DNA from: an uncultured Spirochaetales bacterium
GTDB taxonomy: Bacteria; UBP6; UBA1177; JAKLFG01
Assembly: GCA_964415795.1 (NCBI GenBank)
Contig: CAYQBN010000009.1
Span: forward strand, 55,988-119,987
Direction of reading: 5' to 3'
Length of the DNA: 64,000 nt
The position numbers and the translations under genes are program-made. Below are positions 19,930 through 31,972 of the stretch, one piece after another. Under the pieces are notes generated by a model. That model ran no database searches. It saw nothing but the letters and a program-made list of their open reading frames with translations, and was not told the DNA's origin. Numbering within the stretch: position 1 is the stretch's first letter; every line of letters begins with the position of its first letter.

Positions 19930-19972
19930 AAGAATAACAAAAGATTCTAAAGGGACCGTGAGAGCCGAAAGA

Positions 19973-20779
19973 CTATAAGGCGCTTTTCTCGCGAATGACG
20001 GCCAGAACCTCTTCGATATCGGGGACCTGCTTGATGTCATACACCTTCATCCAAATGATCTTTCCATTCTCGTCCACGAGAATGTTGACGCGCCCCGACA
20101 CGCCGCCCTTATCAATGAACTGCCCGTATTTCTTGGCAACTTCGCCATGGGGCCAGAAATCGGCTAAGATCTGGACTTGATCGAGTTCAAGGAAAGTAGC
20201 CCATTCGCGCTTGCTGTACATCGAGTCAACGCTTATCCCCAGCGGAACCGTATTCAACTTGTCGAAATCACTCTTTTTGAGTTCGAGCGAACGCATCTGG
20301 AGCTCGCAGATAGGCGTCCATGCAAGAGGGTGGAAGGAAAGGAGAACCTTCTTCCCCTTGAGGGCGCTCAACTTCACATCGTTACCGAACTGATCCTTGA
20401 GGGTGAAGTCAGGAGCCATGTCCCCGACTTTTACAGTCTTTTTTTCTTTCTTCTCTTTTTCTTTCTCGCCTTTTTCGACCTTTGGGGCAACCGCTTCCTG
20501 CGAAGGACGATGGCGTTCATTTTTCTCGGCGATCTTAGCAGATTGCGCAATCGATTTTGTTTCCGGTTTCGGAGCCGGTTTGGCGATCGGTTTGTGTACC
20601 GGCTTTTCCTTCGTTTGGGAAGCCGACTTCGGCGGCTTGGAAACAGATTTTACCTTAGACTTCAATGGATTAGTTTCTTTCTTGGGAGCAGGCTTCACTG
20701 TTTTTTTGTCCCCCTTCAGCGGTTTCGCGGGACTCTTTTTCGGTTTAGCAAGGGGGGCTTTCTTCTTTTTCTCAGGCAT
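19973..20779 (-). CDS. AhpE-like 1-Cys peroxiredoxin with approx. 120-aa Lys/Pro/Ala-rich histone-H1-like N-terminal tail
   Basis: C-terminal 'FHPLAWTPICELQ' peroxiredoxin core. The N-terminus is 'MPEKKKKAPLAKPKKSPAKPLKGDKK...'. TAAGGAG sits 6 nt upstream of the ATG. Confidence 0.8.
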   Translation of the reverse strand: MPEKKKKAPLAKPKKSPAKPLKGDKKTVKPAPKKETNPLKSKVKSVSKPPKSASQTKEKPVHKPIAKPAPKPETKSIAQSAKIAEKNERHRPSQEAVAPKVEKGEKEKEKKEKKTVKVGDMAPDFTLKDQFGNDVKLSALKGKKVLLSFHPLAWTPICELQMRSLELKKSDFDKLNTVPLGISVDSMYSKREWATFLELDQVQILADFWPHGEVAKKYGQFIDKGGVSGRVNILVDENGKIIWMKVYDIKQVPDIEEVLAVIREKSAL

Positions 20780-21075
20780 TTTCAACTCCTTACACCAATT
20801 CATCTACTCCTAAAAGAGCGGAAATCAAGAAAACACTATAGCCGAGAGCAGAAAAAACTCAATAATTTTTCAGCTTTTTCTCAAAAATCGGATGCTTGTG
20901 TAGCCAAGAAAAACATCTTTTATCGCGGCGATGGACACATTCAAAGTCTTTTCAAAATATTGCCATTTCGTCAAGAACAAAAAAGGTAAACGATCTTTCT
21001 TTTGTTTCCTCTTCTCTTTACTTCTAAACGACGCTGAACTATACCCTAAATCTTACCATTGAAGAGGAGGATATT

Positions 21076-21858
21076 ATGCGCGTCGCTCTCGTACAAAACC
21101 GACCGGTCTTTGGAAAAACCGAGGAAAATCTCGATAAATTACTGTCAGTTATCGAATCAACCGAGGCCGACCTCTATGTTCTTCCGGAACTCTGCTTTAC
21201 CGGCTACCAGTTCTCCTCGCGAGAGGAGGCGCTCCGGTATGCCGTCCCGCCCGACGGGGCGGTGATTGGCTGGTTCCGGCAGGCGGCGAAAGAGCATAAT
21301 GCCTCGATAGCATTCGGGTATCCCGAAAAAGGGCCGAAGGGTCCCTACAACGCGGCGATGATCGTCACCCCCGACGGCCGCGACCTCCGCTACCGGAAGA
21401 CCCACCTCTTCTACCGCGAGAAGAAGATATTCCTGCCGGGCGACACCGGTTTCGGCGTCATCGAGTGGGCAGGCGTCCGCATCGGTCTCGCCGTCTGCTT
21501 CGACTGGTTCTTCCCTGAAAGTTTCCGGACCCTTGCGCTCAAAGGTGCCGACATCATCGCCCACTGCGCCAATCTCGTCATGCCCTACTGCCAGCAGGCC
21601 GACTTCACCCGGGCGCTCGAGAACCGCGTCTACATCGCGACCGCCAACCGCATCGGGACCGAAGAACGAACCGGCGAAAAACTCACCTTCACCGGCGGGA
21701 GCGTCCTCGTCTCGCCGGGCGGCGAATATCTGCTGACGCTTCCGAAGGATGCCGAAGCGGTGCAGGTGGCCGAGATAGATCCGCTCTGGGCGCGGAACAA
21801 GAGGATCAACGAGTTCAACGACCTCTTCGCCGACCGGCGGACCGAGTATTACCGATAG
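21076..21858 (+). CDS. Carbon-nitrogen hydrolase (nitrilase superfamily)
   Basis: E-K-C triad context: 'LPELCFTGY', 'YRKTHLF', 'LAVCFDWFFPE'. It has a GAGGAGG RBS. Confidence 0.85.
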   Translation: MRVALVQNRPVFGKTEENLDKLLSVIESTEADLYVLPELCFTGYQFSSREEALRYAVPPDGAVIGWFRQAAKEHNASIAFGYPEKGPKGPYNAAMIVTPDGRDLRYRKTHLFYREKKIFLPGDTGFGVIEWAGVRIGLAVCFDWFFPESFRTLALKGADIIAHCANLVMPYCQQADFTRALENRVYIATANRIGTEERTGEKLTFTGGSVLVSPGGEYLLTLPKDAEAVQVAEIDPLWARNKRINEFNDLFADRRTEYYR

Positions 21859-21947
21859 TCTCCTTCGAGATCAAAAGACCCAAGAAACTTGCCGTGCGGT
21901 AAAAAGCGGATAGGGTGAGGGCGGTCATTTTTTCCGGAGGTTCTGCC

Positions 21948-23144
21948 ATGTCATCGCACAAACCGGTCTCTCCCGCAACGATCGTCGTCCACGGTCTGCG
22001 CGGCCATCACGCGAAAACGCTCGATCTCGTTCCGCCCGTCCATCTCACCTCGACCTTCGTCTTCAAGAACGCCGACCATGGCACCGGCTGTTTCGCCGGG
22101 ACCGACGAGGGCTACATCTACACGCGGCTCGGCAACCCGACGCTCGATCTGCTCGGCGAGAAGATAGCGGCCATCGAAGGGGCCGAGGCGGGACTCACTG
22201 CCGCGTCGGGGATGGCGGCTCTCGCGGCGGTCGCGATGACGCTCTGCCGCCCCGGCGACAACTTCGTCGCCTGCAATTCGCTCTACGGCGGCACCTTTGC
22301 CCTCTTCAACCGCCACATGCGCGACTTCGGCGTCGAGCCGCGCCTTTTGCCCCCCACCGACTGCCGCGACGACGAAAAGATAGCGGCGGCGACCGATGCG
22401 AAGACCCGATTCCTCTTCATCGAGACGCCCGCCAACCCGACACTCGATGTGTACGACATCGCGCTGTGGGCCCGTGTCGCCAAGAAGCGCGGCGTGCCGC
22501 TCGTCGTGGACAACACCTTCCCATCGCCGTGGCTCTCTTCGCCACTCGCGCTGGGTGCCAACATCGTCGTTCACTCGGGGACCAAATACCTATCGGGTCA
22601 TGGCGACATCATCGGCGGTATGATCGTCGGCTCGAAGGAGATGATGACACGGATAAAGAAGGACTACCTCAACAACTTTGGCCCGACGATGAGCCCCTTC
22701 ACCGCATGGCTGTTCCTGCGCGGCATCAAGACGCTCGCCGTCCGCATGGAGAAACACTGTGACAACGCCGAGAAGATAGCCGCGTTCCTCGAGAAGCATC
22801 CAAAGGTCTCGAAGGTGTGGTATCCCGGCCTGCCATCGCACCCCGACCATGCTGTGGCAAAAAAGCAGATGCGCCGCTTCGGCGCGATGATCGCCTTCGA
22901 AGTGAACGGTGGTTTCGAGGCGGGGAAGAAACTCATGGACCATGTGGAACTCTGCACACTTGCCGTCTCTCTCGGCGACTGTGAGACGCTCATCCAGCAC
23001 CCCGCATCGATGACCCACGCTTCCATCCCGCGCGATGAACGGCTCAAGGCCGGCATTACCGACGGTCTCATCCGTCTCTCGGTGGGTCTCGAAGACCCCG
23101 CCGACATCATCGCCGACCTCGACACAACGCTGGCGCGCATCTGA
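21948..23144 (+). CDS. Cys/Met-metabolism PLP enzyme (methionine gamma-lyase / O-acetylhomoserine sulfhydrylase family)
   Basis: 'HSGTKYLSGHGD' PLP-lysine motif and the family fold. Confidence 0.85.
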   Translation: MSSHKPVSPATIVVHGLRGHHAKTLDLVPPVHLTSTFVFKNADHGTGCFAGTDEGYIYTRLGNPTLDLLGEKIAAIEGAEAGLTAASGMAALAAVAMTLCRPGDNFVACNSLYGGTFALFNRHMRDFGVEPRLLPPTDCRDDEKIAAATDAKTRFLFIETPANPTLDVYDIALWARVAKKRGVPLVVDNTFPSPWLSSPLALGANIVVHSGTKYLSGHGDIIGGMIVGSKEMMTRIKKDYLNNFGPTMSPFTAWLFLRGIKTLAVRMEKHCDNAEKIAAFLEKHPKVSKVWYPGLPSHPDHAVAKKQMRRFGAMIAFEVNGGFEAGKKLMDHVELCTLAVSLGDCETLIQHPASMTHASIPRDERLKAGITDGLIRLSVGLEDPADIIADLDTTLARI

Positions 23145-23180
23145 CGACGACCTCCGCATCCTCCAGCGCTTGGTAGTGCC

Positions 23181-23208
23181 TTGACTTTTCCCTAACCGCT
23201 ACTATAAG
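23181..23208 (+). promoter_or_regulatory. Sigma70-like promoter upstream of hrcA (TTGACT-16-TATAAG)
   Basis: TTGACT at 23181-23186 and TATAAG at 23203-23208. No CIRCE inverted repeat was seen. Confidence 0.35.
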
Positions 23209-23231
23209 GTAGAGAAACTCACGGAGGCATT

Positions 23232-24323
23232 ATGCAACCGACTGAGAACACTAGATTATCTGACCTTTCAGACCGTGAGCGCGATATTCTCCGTTCCATC
23301 ATCAACCTCTACTCCGAGGGAGGCGGGCCGGTCGGTTCCCATGTCGTGAGTAAACTACTCGGCGGCATGTCCTCGGCAACGGTCCGCAACATCTTTGCCT
23401 TGATGGAGGAAAAGGGGCTCATCCGCAAGGCGCATTGCTCCTCGGGCAGGATACCGACCGACGCGGGGATCCGCTATTTCGTCGAACACATCCTTCGCTC
23501 CCGGCGCATTGCGCCGCCCGATAAGGAGCGGATCGACAGCCGGAGCGCCGCTTTGCGCCGTGACCCGTCCGGACTCCTCAACGAACTCCCCGATATGCTT
23601 GCCGAGATATCGCGTTATACCGGCTTCGTTCTCACTCGCGAGACGCGGCCGCACGCCATCCGCCACATAGACTTCGTTCCGCTCGATTTCCATCGCGTGC
23701 TCGTCATCTTGGTGGACACACTGGGAAACATCACCAATCGGATGGTAGATTTGCCCTCCGCCCCTTCTCCGATGGACCTCGAGCGGCTTCGCAACTTCAT
23801 CAACGCGCATCTCGCCGATCGCTCTCTCTACGAGATAAAAGCCCATTTCATCAAGGAGCTGCATCATCTCAAGGAGACCTATGAGGCGCTGCTCGACCAT
23901 ATTCTCCAATCGTCGGGACCGCGCATACATTCTCGGACGAGCGGCGAAACGAATGTGTTCGATTATCTGAGCGCCGCCGAGACGCGACAGATCAAGACGC
24001 TTCTCGAGCGATTCCGGCGCAATCAGTTCTACCTCGACCTTTTCGACCGCGTTTCCCGATCGCACGATGTCCATCTATTCATCGGAGCGGAATCGGATCT
24101 CTTCTGTTCCCCGGACTGCGTCGCCGTAGTGGAGTCCTACGAAATGCCCCGCAGCGAGATCGTAGGTCTCATCGGTGTCGTCGGCCCCCGCTGGATGAAC
24201 TATGGGAAGATCATCTCTATCATTGACTACGCCCGCAACCTGCTTATATCTTCCGGTGCGAACGAAACAACACCTGAGAAACTGAACGGAATCGATGATG
24301 ATGCGAAAAAAGAAGACGCCTGA
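23232..24323 (+). CDS. hrcA: Heat-inducible transcription repressor
   Basis: N-terminal winged helix 'ERERDILRSIINLY...GPVGSHVV' and HrcA length. It is the first gene of the dnaK operon. Confidence 0.9.
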   Translation: MQPTENTRLSDLSDRERDILRSIINLYSEGGGPVGSHVVSKLLGGMSSATVRNIFALMEEKGLIRKAHCSSGRIPTDAGIRYFVEHILRSRRIAPPDKERIDSRSAALRRDPSGLLNELPDMLAEISRYTGFVLTRETRPHAIRHIDFVPLDFHRVLVILVDTLGNITNRMVDLPSAPSPMDLERLRNFINAHLADRSLYEIKAHFIKELHHLKETYEALLDHILQSSGPRIHSRTSGETNVFDYLSAAETRQIKTLLERFRRNQFYLDLFDRVSRSHDVHLFIGAESDLFCSPDCVAVVESYEMPRSEIVGLIGVVGPRWMNYGKIISIIDYARNLLISSGANETTPEKLNGIDDDAKKEDA

Positions 24324-25117
24324 AGAGAACGCGGGATCAGTGGATCTAGAGAACGGCGAACAGCGGTCCGGCTACTCGCTTCAGGAGATCGCGGATGCGC
24401 TTGGCGAAGAGATGCTGAAGAAGAAGAACGGAGTGGCCACTCCCGGAGAAGACGAACCGGCGACAGCCGCAGAGACACCTTCTCCTGAACCGGCTCCTGC
24501 GCCCGCCCCCCAACCGGATGCCGCTTCGGTGATGCCGCGTCCCTCCGACGAGGAGACATCGCGCAAGATCGCCGAATTGGAGGATACGGTCAAACGTCTC
24601 GTCGCCGAGAACCGCAACCAGAAGACGCGCCTTGACAACGATCTTCGCACGAAGGTGAAATTCGCGAACGAACTCTTCTTCCGGGAATTCATTCTCGTCA
24701 AGGACGACCTCGAGAAGGCGCTCTCATTCGCTCCCGAAAGCAGTGACGAGAAAATCGGCGCCTTTGTGCAGGGCATTCGTCATCTCGATAATGCCGTTAC
24801 CGCGCTCCTCAAGCGGCATGGCGTCGAAGCCTATGACGCGATCGGACAGCCGTTCGACCCGGCGCTTCACGAGGCGATGCGGGTCGTCGATGTCGCCGGA
24901 GCGGCGGCGAACACGGTAACGGCTCAGTATTGTAAAGGCTATCGTTTCTTCGAACGGATATTGCGCCCCGCGATGGTCGAGATCGCGTCGGGCAAAATGT
25001 CGGCGGAAGAGAAAAAAGAACAGAAAGACGCGGAACCGGCATCCGAGGAAACAACAAGCGACGAGCAAACAAAGGCTGAAGAGATGAATAATAAAAACGA
25101 TCATACGGAGGACACCA

Positions 25118-25125
<8 letters not shown>
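24295..25125 (+). CDS. grpE: Nucleotide exchange factor GrpE
   Basis: Acidic N-terminus, coiled coil and a GrpE C-terminal beta-domain ('FDPALHEAM'). Confidence 0.85.
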
Positions 25126-27019
<1,894 letters not shown>

Positions 27020-27028
27020 TGAGAAACG

Positions 27029-28147
27029 ATGGCCGATCTTTACGATATCCTCGGCGTCCGCCGCGACGCATCATTGGATGAAATAAAGAAGGCCTACCGT
27101 CAACTTGCCATCAAATATCACCCCGATCGTAACAAGGGCGACAAGAACGCCGAAGAGAAGTTCAAGGAAATAAACCACGCCTATGAAGTACTCTCCGATC
27201 CCGAGAAACGCGAACGTTATGACCGTTTCGGAGAGGCAGGCGTCGGAGGCGCCGGCGCTTATGCCGATGCAAGCCATTTCGATTTCGGCGATGTGTTCGG
27301 CAACGCGTTCGGCGACATCTTCGACGAGTTCTTCGGTGGCCGTTCACGACGACGATCGCGCACTGCACCGCGACAGGGGAGCGACATTCTTTTCCACCTT
27401 AACATCTCCTTCGAAGAGGCCTACCGCGGCGTTCACAAAGAGGTGCGCATTACCCGAAGCGGTCGGTGTGCCGCCTGTGGCGGTTCCGGCGCCGAACCGG
27501 GGAGCGGCTCAAAGACCTGTCCCACCTGCCGCGGTGCCGGCGAGGTGCGCGTGTCGCATGGTTTTTTCCAAATGGCACAGACCTGTCCGACCTGTCGGGG
27601 ACAGGGGACCGTTATCGATAAGCCGTGCAGGACCTGTCAGGGTACCGGTTTCGTCCGCGAAGACCGGACAATCGAGGTGACGATACCGGCGGGGATAGAC
27701 ACCGGCCAAAAGATACGCGTCTCCGGCGAGGGGAACGCCGGTAACCACGGTGGTCCACGCGGCGATCTTTACCTCGAGGTGACCGTTTCGGAGCATCCTC
27801 TCTTTGTCCGAGAGGGCAACGACCTCTATCTCGAACTCCCGGTGACATACTCTCAATTGGCACTCGGCGCATCAATCGAGGTCCCGACGATGGAGGGAAA
27901 GGTCGAACTCAAGATACCGGCTGGCACTCAACCGGGAACCAAGATGCGCCTCCGAGAGAAAGGGTTTCCGTCGGTGCACGGCCGCGGCAGAGGCGACCAG
28001 TTCGTTATCCTGCACCTCGAGGTACCGAAAAACCTTTCCGCAAAACACCGTAAGGCACTCGAAGAACTGCGCGCTTTTGACAGCGAACTAAAGGAACGAC
28101 CGATCCTCAAAGAGTTTCTCGCCAAGGTACAGCGGCTCTTCTCGTAG
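27029..28147 (+). CDS. dnaJ: Chaperone DnaJ
   Basis: J-domain 'YHPDRN', G/F region and four CxxCxGxG zinc-finger repeats. Confidence 0.95.
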   Translation: MADLYDILGVRRDASLDEIKKAYRQLAIKYHPDRNKGDKNAEEKFKEINHAYEVLSDPEKRERYDRFGEAGVGGAGAYADASHFDFGDVFGNAFGDIFDEFFGGRSRRRSRTAPRQGSDILFHLNISFEEAYRGVHKEVRITRSGRCAACGGSGAEPGSGSKTCPTCRGAGEVRVSHGFFQMAQTCPTCRGQGTVIDKPCRTCQGTGFVREDRTIEVTIPAGIDTGQKIRVSGEGNAGNHGGPRGDLYLEVTVSEHPLFVREGNDLYLELPVTYSQLALGASIEVPTMEGKVELKIPAGTQPGTKMRLREKGFPSVHGRGRGDQFVILHLEVPKNLSAKHRKALEELRAFDSELKERPILKEFLAKVQRLFS

Positions 28148-28159
28148 CACAAAAGAACA

Positions 28160-28191
28160 CGGCGGTGTCGAGTCACGACTCGACACCGCCG
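28160..28191. terminator. Bidirectional hairpin between convergent dnaJ and lipoprotein gene
   Basis: Perfect 15-bp stem CGGCGGTGTCGAGTC-AC-GACTCGACACCGCCG. It has T-rich flanks on the minus-strand side. Confidence 0.55.
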
Positions 28192-28224
28192 CTGTGTACA
28201 GTAATGGGAGATAGGTATCGTGGT

Positions 28225-29211
28225 CTAGTTGGGGATCACCCGTGCACGAACATCCTTGTCGGCGTCCACCACGATCCAGAAGTTCGGGAAAGTCCCCTGC
28301 ACATCGGCCCGATCGACACCACGCCACTGGTCCCATGTGTAACCGTCATACACCGTGACCGTCATGTTGACTGTCGTGTTGGGAGCATAGCAGACCGGGT
28401 TGCCGGCAGAACTTAGCGATCCGATGGGGTCCATGGCGATCTCGCCACCACCAATGATCTGTTGCGGTCCTTGCTGGTAGAATACATACGGAGCAAGCTT
28501 GTACCCCGACGAGCATGTCTCCGCAACGACATCAACATCAGGGATAATGTCCACATCGACACTCTCCGGCGGCGTTACCTGCGCACGGACCGTCTTGTCG
28601 GCATTCATAAGGATCGTAAACGTGGGGAATTCACCCTGCACATCGATGGCATCGGGACCGCGCCACTCAATGAACGATTGCCCTTCATCCACGGTAAGCG
28701 TCATGGTAACGGTGGTTTCGGGAGCGTAACATACGAGATTTCCCTCGGAATCTGCGGTTCCGACAGGAGAGAAAGCAATCGTCCCGCCACCGGTGATGTT
28801 TTCACTGCCGACGCGATAGAAGACCGAGGCGGTCAAACTGAAAAGGCCTTCGGGACAAATACCCGGCACGATATCGATGTCGGCAGGCAGCGTGTCGGGG
28901 GTCACCGGTACATCCTCATCGGAGACTTCGTCGGTAAGCTCGTCAGAAAAAACTACATCCTCGTCGGAGACCATCGGACTGTCGTCCGAAAGCGGGCCTT
29001 CGGCAAAAAGATCGTCTTTGTCACCAGTGGCGTCGGTTTCAGTGACGATCTCGTCGGCAATCAGGGCATCGCCATCGGTCACCGTCGTGTCGGTCACCAT
29101 CGTGTCGGAAATGAGCCAATCATCATCGCTCACCACTTTCTTCGATTCGCTGCAGGCGGAGAACGCGACCACCAGCAGAAGTACGATGGTAAAATAGATC
29201 AAGTGTTTCAT
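28225..29211 (-). CDS. Secreted lipoprotein with acidic D/T-rich linker and two tandem approx. 100-aa repeat domains
   Basis: 'MKHLIYFTIVLLLVVAFSAC' lipobox with a GGAGGA RBS. Two internal repeats each contain 'VCYAP(E/N)TTV(T/N)MT(L/V)TV' and 'W(R/G)G(P/V)D...VQG(E/T)FP(T/N)F'. Confidence 0.65.
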   Translation of the reverse strand: MKHLIYFTIVLLLVVAFSACSESKKVVSDDDWLISDTMVTDTTVTDGDALIADEIVTETDATGDKDDLFAEGPLSDDSPMVSDEDVVFSDELTDEVSDEDVPVTPDTLPADIDIVPGICPEGLFSLTASVFYRVGSENITGGGTIAFSPVGTADSEGNLVCYAPETTVTMTLTVDEGQSFIEWRGPDAIDVQGEFPTFTILMNADKTVRAQVTPPESVDVDIIPDVDVVAETCSSGYKLAPYVFYQQGPQQIIGGGEIAMDPIGSLSSAGNPVCYAPNTTVNMTVTVYDGYTWDQWRGVDRADVQGTFPNFWIVVDADKDVRARVIPN

Positions 29212-29320
29212 GGACTTCCTCCTCCACAAAGTTAGTCGTCGCTTGGCATCTTCATACCGTATATCATCGTTCACGATATGAGACGAAAAATTCAAGGGAA
29301 AAGTTCCTTCCTTTCCATCA

Positions 29321-30342
29321 TCAGTGGATATGGATGTCATCGAGGTAGATACCGTTCGCCGTTATCTCGGCGTCGGAGCGGAAACGGAAGGCGATTTGAA
29401 CCGTTTCCCCTTTGAACGGGGTGAGAGAAGCGCCGAAAAGGTTCCAAGTATCGGCCTTGCCGCCGATCTTGGTCTTGGTCGAACTGTCGAGAAGGTTGCT
29501 CGGACCGGTGATGAAGACCGCCTTCGTGGCACTGTCCCAAGTATCGTTCTGCTTTTTCACGAGCAGTTCCATATAATCCTGCATATAAACGCTCGTCCCC
29601 TCGGTATCCACATACGCATAGAACTCGATGACCGGTTCACCGGCACCTCCGGGGATCGCAAGTTGCGTATTGAGCGTCAACATGGCGTTCGCGCCACTCG
29701 AGTAGTTCCCGCTCAGGTTGGTCCCGGCGCACTTGCTCCCCCCGTGCGCCGCAAGCGGTCCCGTCGTCGGTGTTCCGATCTGCCAGTCGCCCGCGGCGCT
29801 CCAGTTACTTCCGCCCCCTTCGAAATCTTCGGTAAAGTCGAGCGTGCCACCGCCGGTGTCAGTATCGGGAACGACCGTATCTGGCTGGGCCGTATCGCTG
29901 TCGGGCTGAACGATGTCGGGATCGGGCGATGCAACATCTTCATCGACCACCCCCGTATCGGGCATCGTGTCGGGAGTCGAGGTGTCGGGTAGCACCATGC
30001 CGTCGTCCGGCAAGGTGGTATCGGTATCAGGCTTCGGTGCCGTCCCTTTGAAGCAGTAGCCGGTCGCTTCGCAGTACCACCCGACGGGGCAGTCCTGCTT
30101 TGCAGGGTCACAGGTGTCTCTCAAGGTACACCGATACTCGACCTCGCCGATCGGGGAACCGTTCTCATCCTTTATTTCGACCTCGGCACAGTATTCGGCA
30201 TAGTTACAGTCAGCATCACCGTTCGCCGGGTCACAGAGAGCCCCCTGCCCGGTTCCCGGATCCTCTTCGGTCGGCGCACAGGCTTGCCAAAAGAAGAGAA
30301 ACGCTCCTACCCCCAACATCATGATTGCGAATCCCCATCGCA
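29321..30342 (-). CDS. Secreted lipoprotein: Cys-rich N-domain, PDT-rich linker, C-terminal jelly-roll-like domain
   Basis: Signal peptide 'MRWGFAIMMLGVGAFLFFWQAC', a Cys-rich segment and a 'PDTDTTLPDDG...' linker. The C-terminal approx. 190 aa is all-beta. Confidence 0.65.
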
Positions 30343-30495
30343 TCGAATGTTCTCCTCGTCGTTCCGTTGATCGGTGCCATGATAGCGTAAATAGGAGCTT
30401 TTTCAACAAAAACGAACGGATACCGCCCTGACGCTTTACATCGAGTCGTTTTTCTCTATACTTTTTCCCATCGCGGCTATCAACGGAGAGCCAGA

Positions 30496-31083
30496 ATGCT
30501 ACGCACACTCAAAGTCGCTGGAGCACCAGTGCTCAAAAAAAAGGCGGCCCCGGTCACCGTAATAACCACGGAGATACGAACCCTTGCCGCCGACATGATC
30601 GAAACGCTCAAAGCGGCGAACGGCCTCGGTCTTGCGGCACCGCAGGTCGGTGAATCGGTAATGCTCATCGTCCTCGACCGGGGATACCTCGCATGGGATA
30701 GTCTTCCTGAAGAGGAGCGGAAGAGAACAACCTGTCGGTACGAACCTGAAGTTCTCGTCAATCCGGAGATCGTTTCGGGAGAAGGGTCCTTCGAGATCGA
30801 AGAGGGGTGTCTGTCGGTTCCGGGATACCGGGCACCGGTCGAACGCTTTGCCCGTATCCGCTACCGCTGGCTGACCCTCGAAGGCGAAGAACGGGAGCGC
30901 ACCGCCGAGGGACTCGAGGCGGTCGCCGTCCAGCACGAGATAGATCACCTCAACGGCACGCTATTCATAGATCGCATCTCGCGCGTCAAGCGCAACATCG
31001 CGCTCGGCAAGGTAAAGAAGTTCATCACGGAACTCGACGAGGAGGAGGATGACACCGCGCGTCGTCTTTATGGGAAGCCCTGA
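30496..31083 (+). CDS. def: Peptide deformylase
   Basis: 'GLAAPQVG', 'EGCLSVPG', 'QHEIDHLNG'. Confidence 0.9.
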   Translation: MLRTLKVAGAPVLKKKAAPVTVITTEIRTLAADMIETLKAANGLGLAAPQVGESVMLIVLDRGYLAWDSLPEEERKRTTCRYEPEVLVNPEIVSGEGSFEIEEGCLSVPGYRAPVERFARIRYRWLTLEGEERERTAEGLEAVAVQHEIDHLNGTLFIDRISRVKRNIALGKVKKFITELDEEEDDTARRLYGKP

Positions 31084-31972
31084 GTGTGCCGTTCCCTTCC
31101 TCGAATTCTGTCATCGCAAGACTACCGACCTCATCGTCTTTACTCGACCCGACAAGATCCGGTGCCGAGGCAACCGTCCCTCGGAAACGCCGGTCAAGAA
31201 GAAAGCGATCGAACGGGGAATCCCCGTTCACGACTTTTCGATGAAAAGCGAAGATACCTATCGGGCTTTGAACTCGTTCGCTCCCGATCTCTATCTCGTC
31301 GTCGCCTATGGTCAGATACTGCCGGAACGGGTGCTCGCCCTCCCACGCATCGCGCCGCTCAATGTCCATTTTTCGCTCCTGCCGAAATACCGCGGTGCGA
31401 CTCCGGTGCAGGCGGCGATACTGAACGGTGACGCGACGACCGGCACCACGATCATGGTCATGGATCGTGGCCTCGACACCGGCGACATCATAGCGCAGGC
31501 AGAGATATCTATCGCCCCCGATGAGACCGCCGCGTCGCTCTTTGAACGGCTCATTGCACGATCGCTCGAACTGCTCGAGGAACGCTGGTCCTGCATTTGT
31601 GCCGGCACCTTCGAACGGCGACCCCAAACTGGCGAGGCGACCTACACGCGGCTGATTGCCAAAGAAGATCTCGTCATCGACTGGACCAGAGACGCCCGCG
31701 AGCTGTACAATCTCATCCGCGCCTATGGCATGAACCCCGGTGTCCGTACCCGATTCCGCGATAAATTGCTCATCGTCGGTGCCGCGCAGTGGTGTCCCGA
31801 TGTCGTCGGAACACCGGGCGAGATCGTCGCCGTCGGCAAACGGGCCTTCACCGTCGCCTGCGGCACAGGCGGTCTCATGCTCACGCAGGTGCAACCCGAG
31901 TGCAAGTCCTGCATGCCCGCCGCCTCGTTCATCGCCGGGTACCGTCCTCAACCGGGGGAACGGCTGTGCTGA
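31049..31972 (+). CDS. fmt: Methionyl-tRNA formyltransferase
   Basis: N-terminal formyltransferase fold 'VVFMGSPE', 'HFSLLPKYRGATP'. Confidence 0.9.
   Translation: MTPRVVFMGSPECAVPFLEFCHRKTTDLIVFTRPDKIRCRGNRPSETPVKKKAIERGIPVHDFSMKSEDTYRALNSFAPDLYLVVAYGQILPERVLALPRIAPLNVHFSLLPKYRGATPVQAAILNGDATTGTTIMVMDRGLDTGDIIAQAEISIAPDETAASLFERLIARSLELLEERWSCICAGTFERRPQTGEATYTRLIAKEDLVIDWTRDARELYNLIRAYGMNPGVRTRFRDKLLIVGAAQWCPDVVGTPGEIVAVGKRAFTVACGTGGLMLTQVQPECKSCMPAASFIAGYRPQPGERLC

Noticed and set aside
23145-23231. CIRCE operator upstream of hrcA
   Set aside because: No TTAGCACTC-N9-GAGTGCTAA-like inverted repeat is present.
28199-28260. tRNA-like 'GGTCTAGTTGG' D-loop-like string
   Set aside because: It lies inside the 3' end of the lipoprotein CDS (encoding ...VRARVIPN*). 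There is no cloverleaf.
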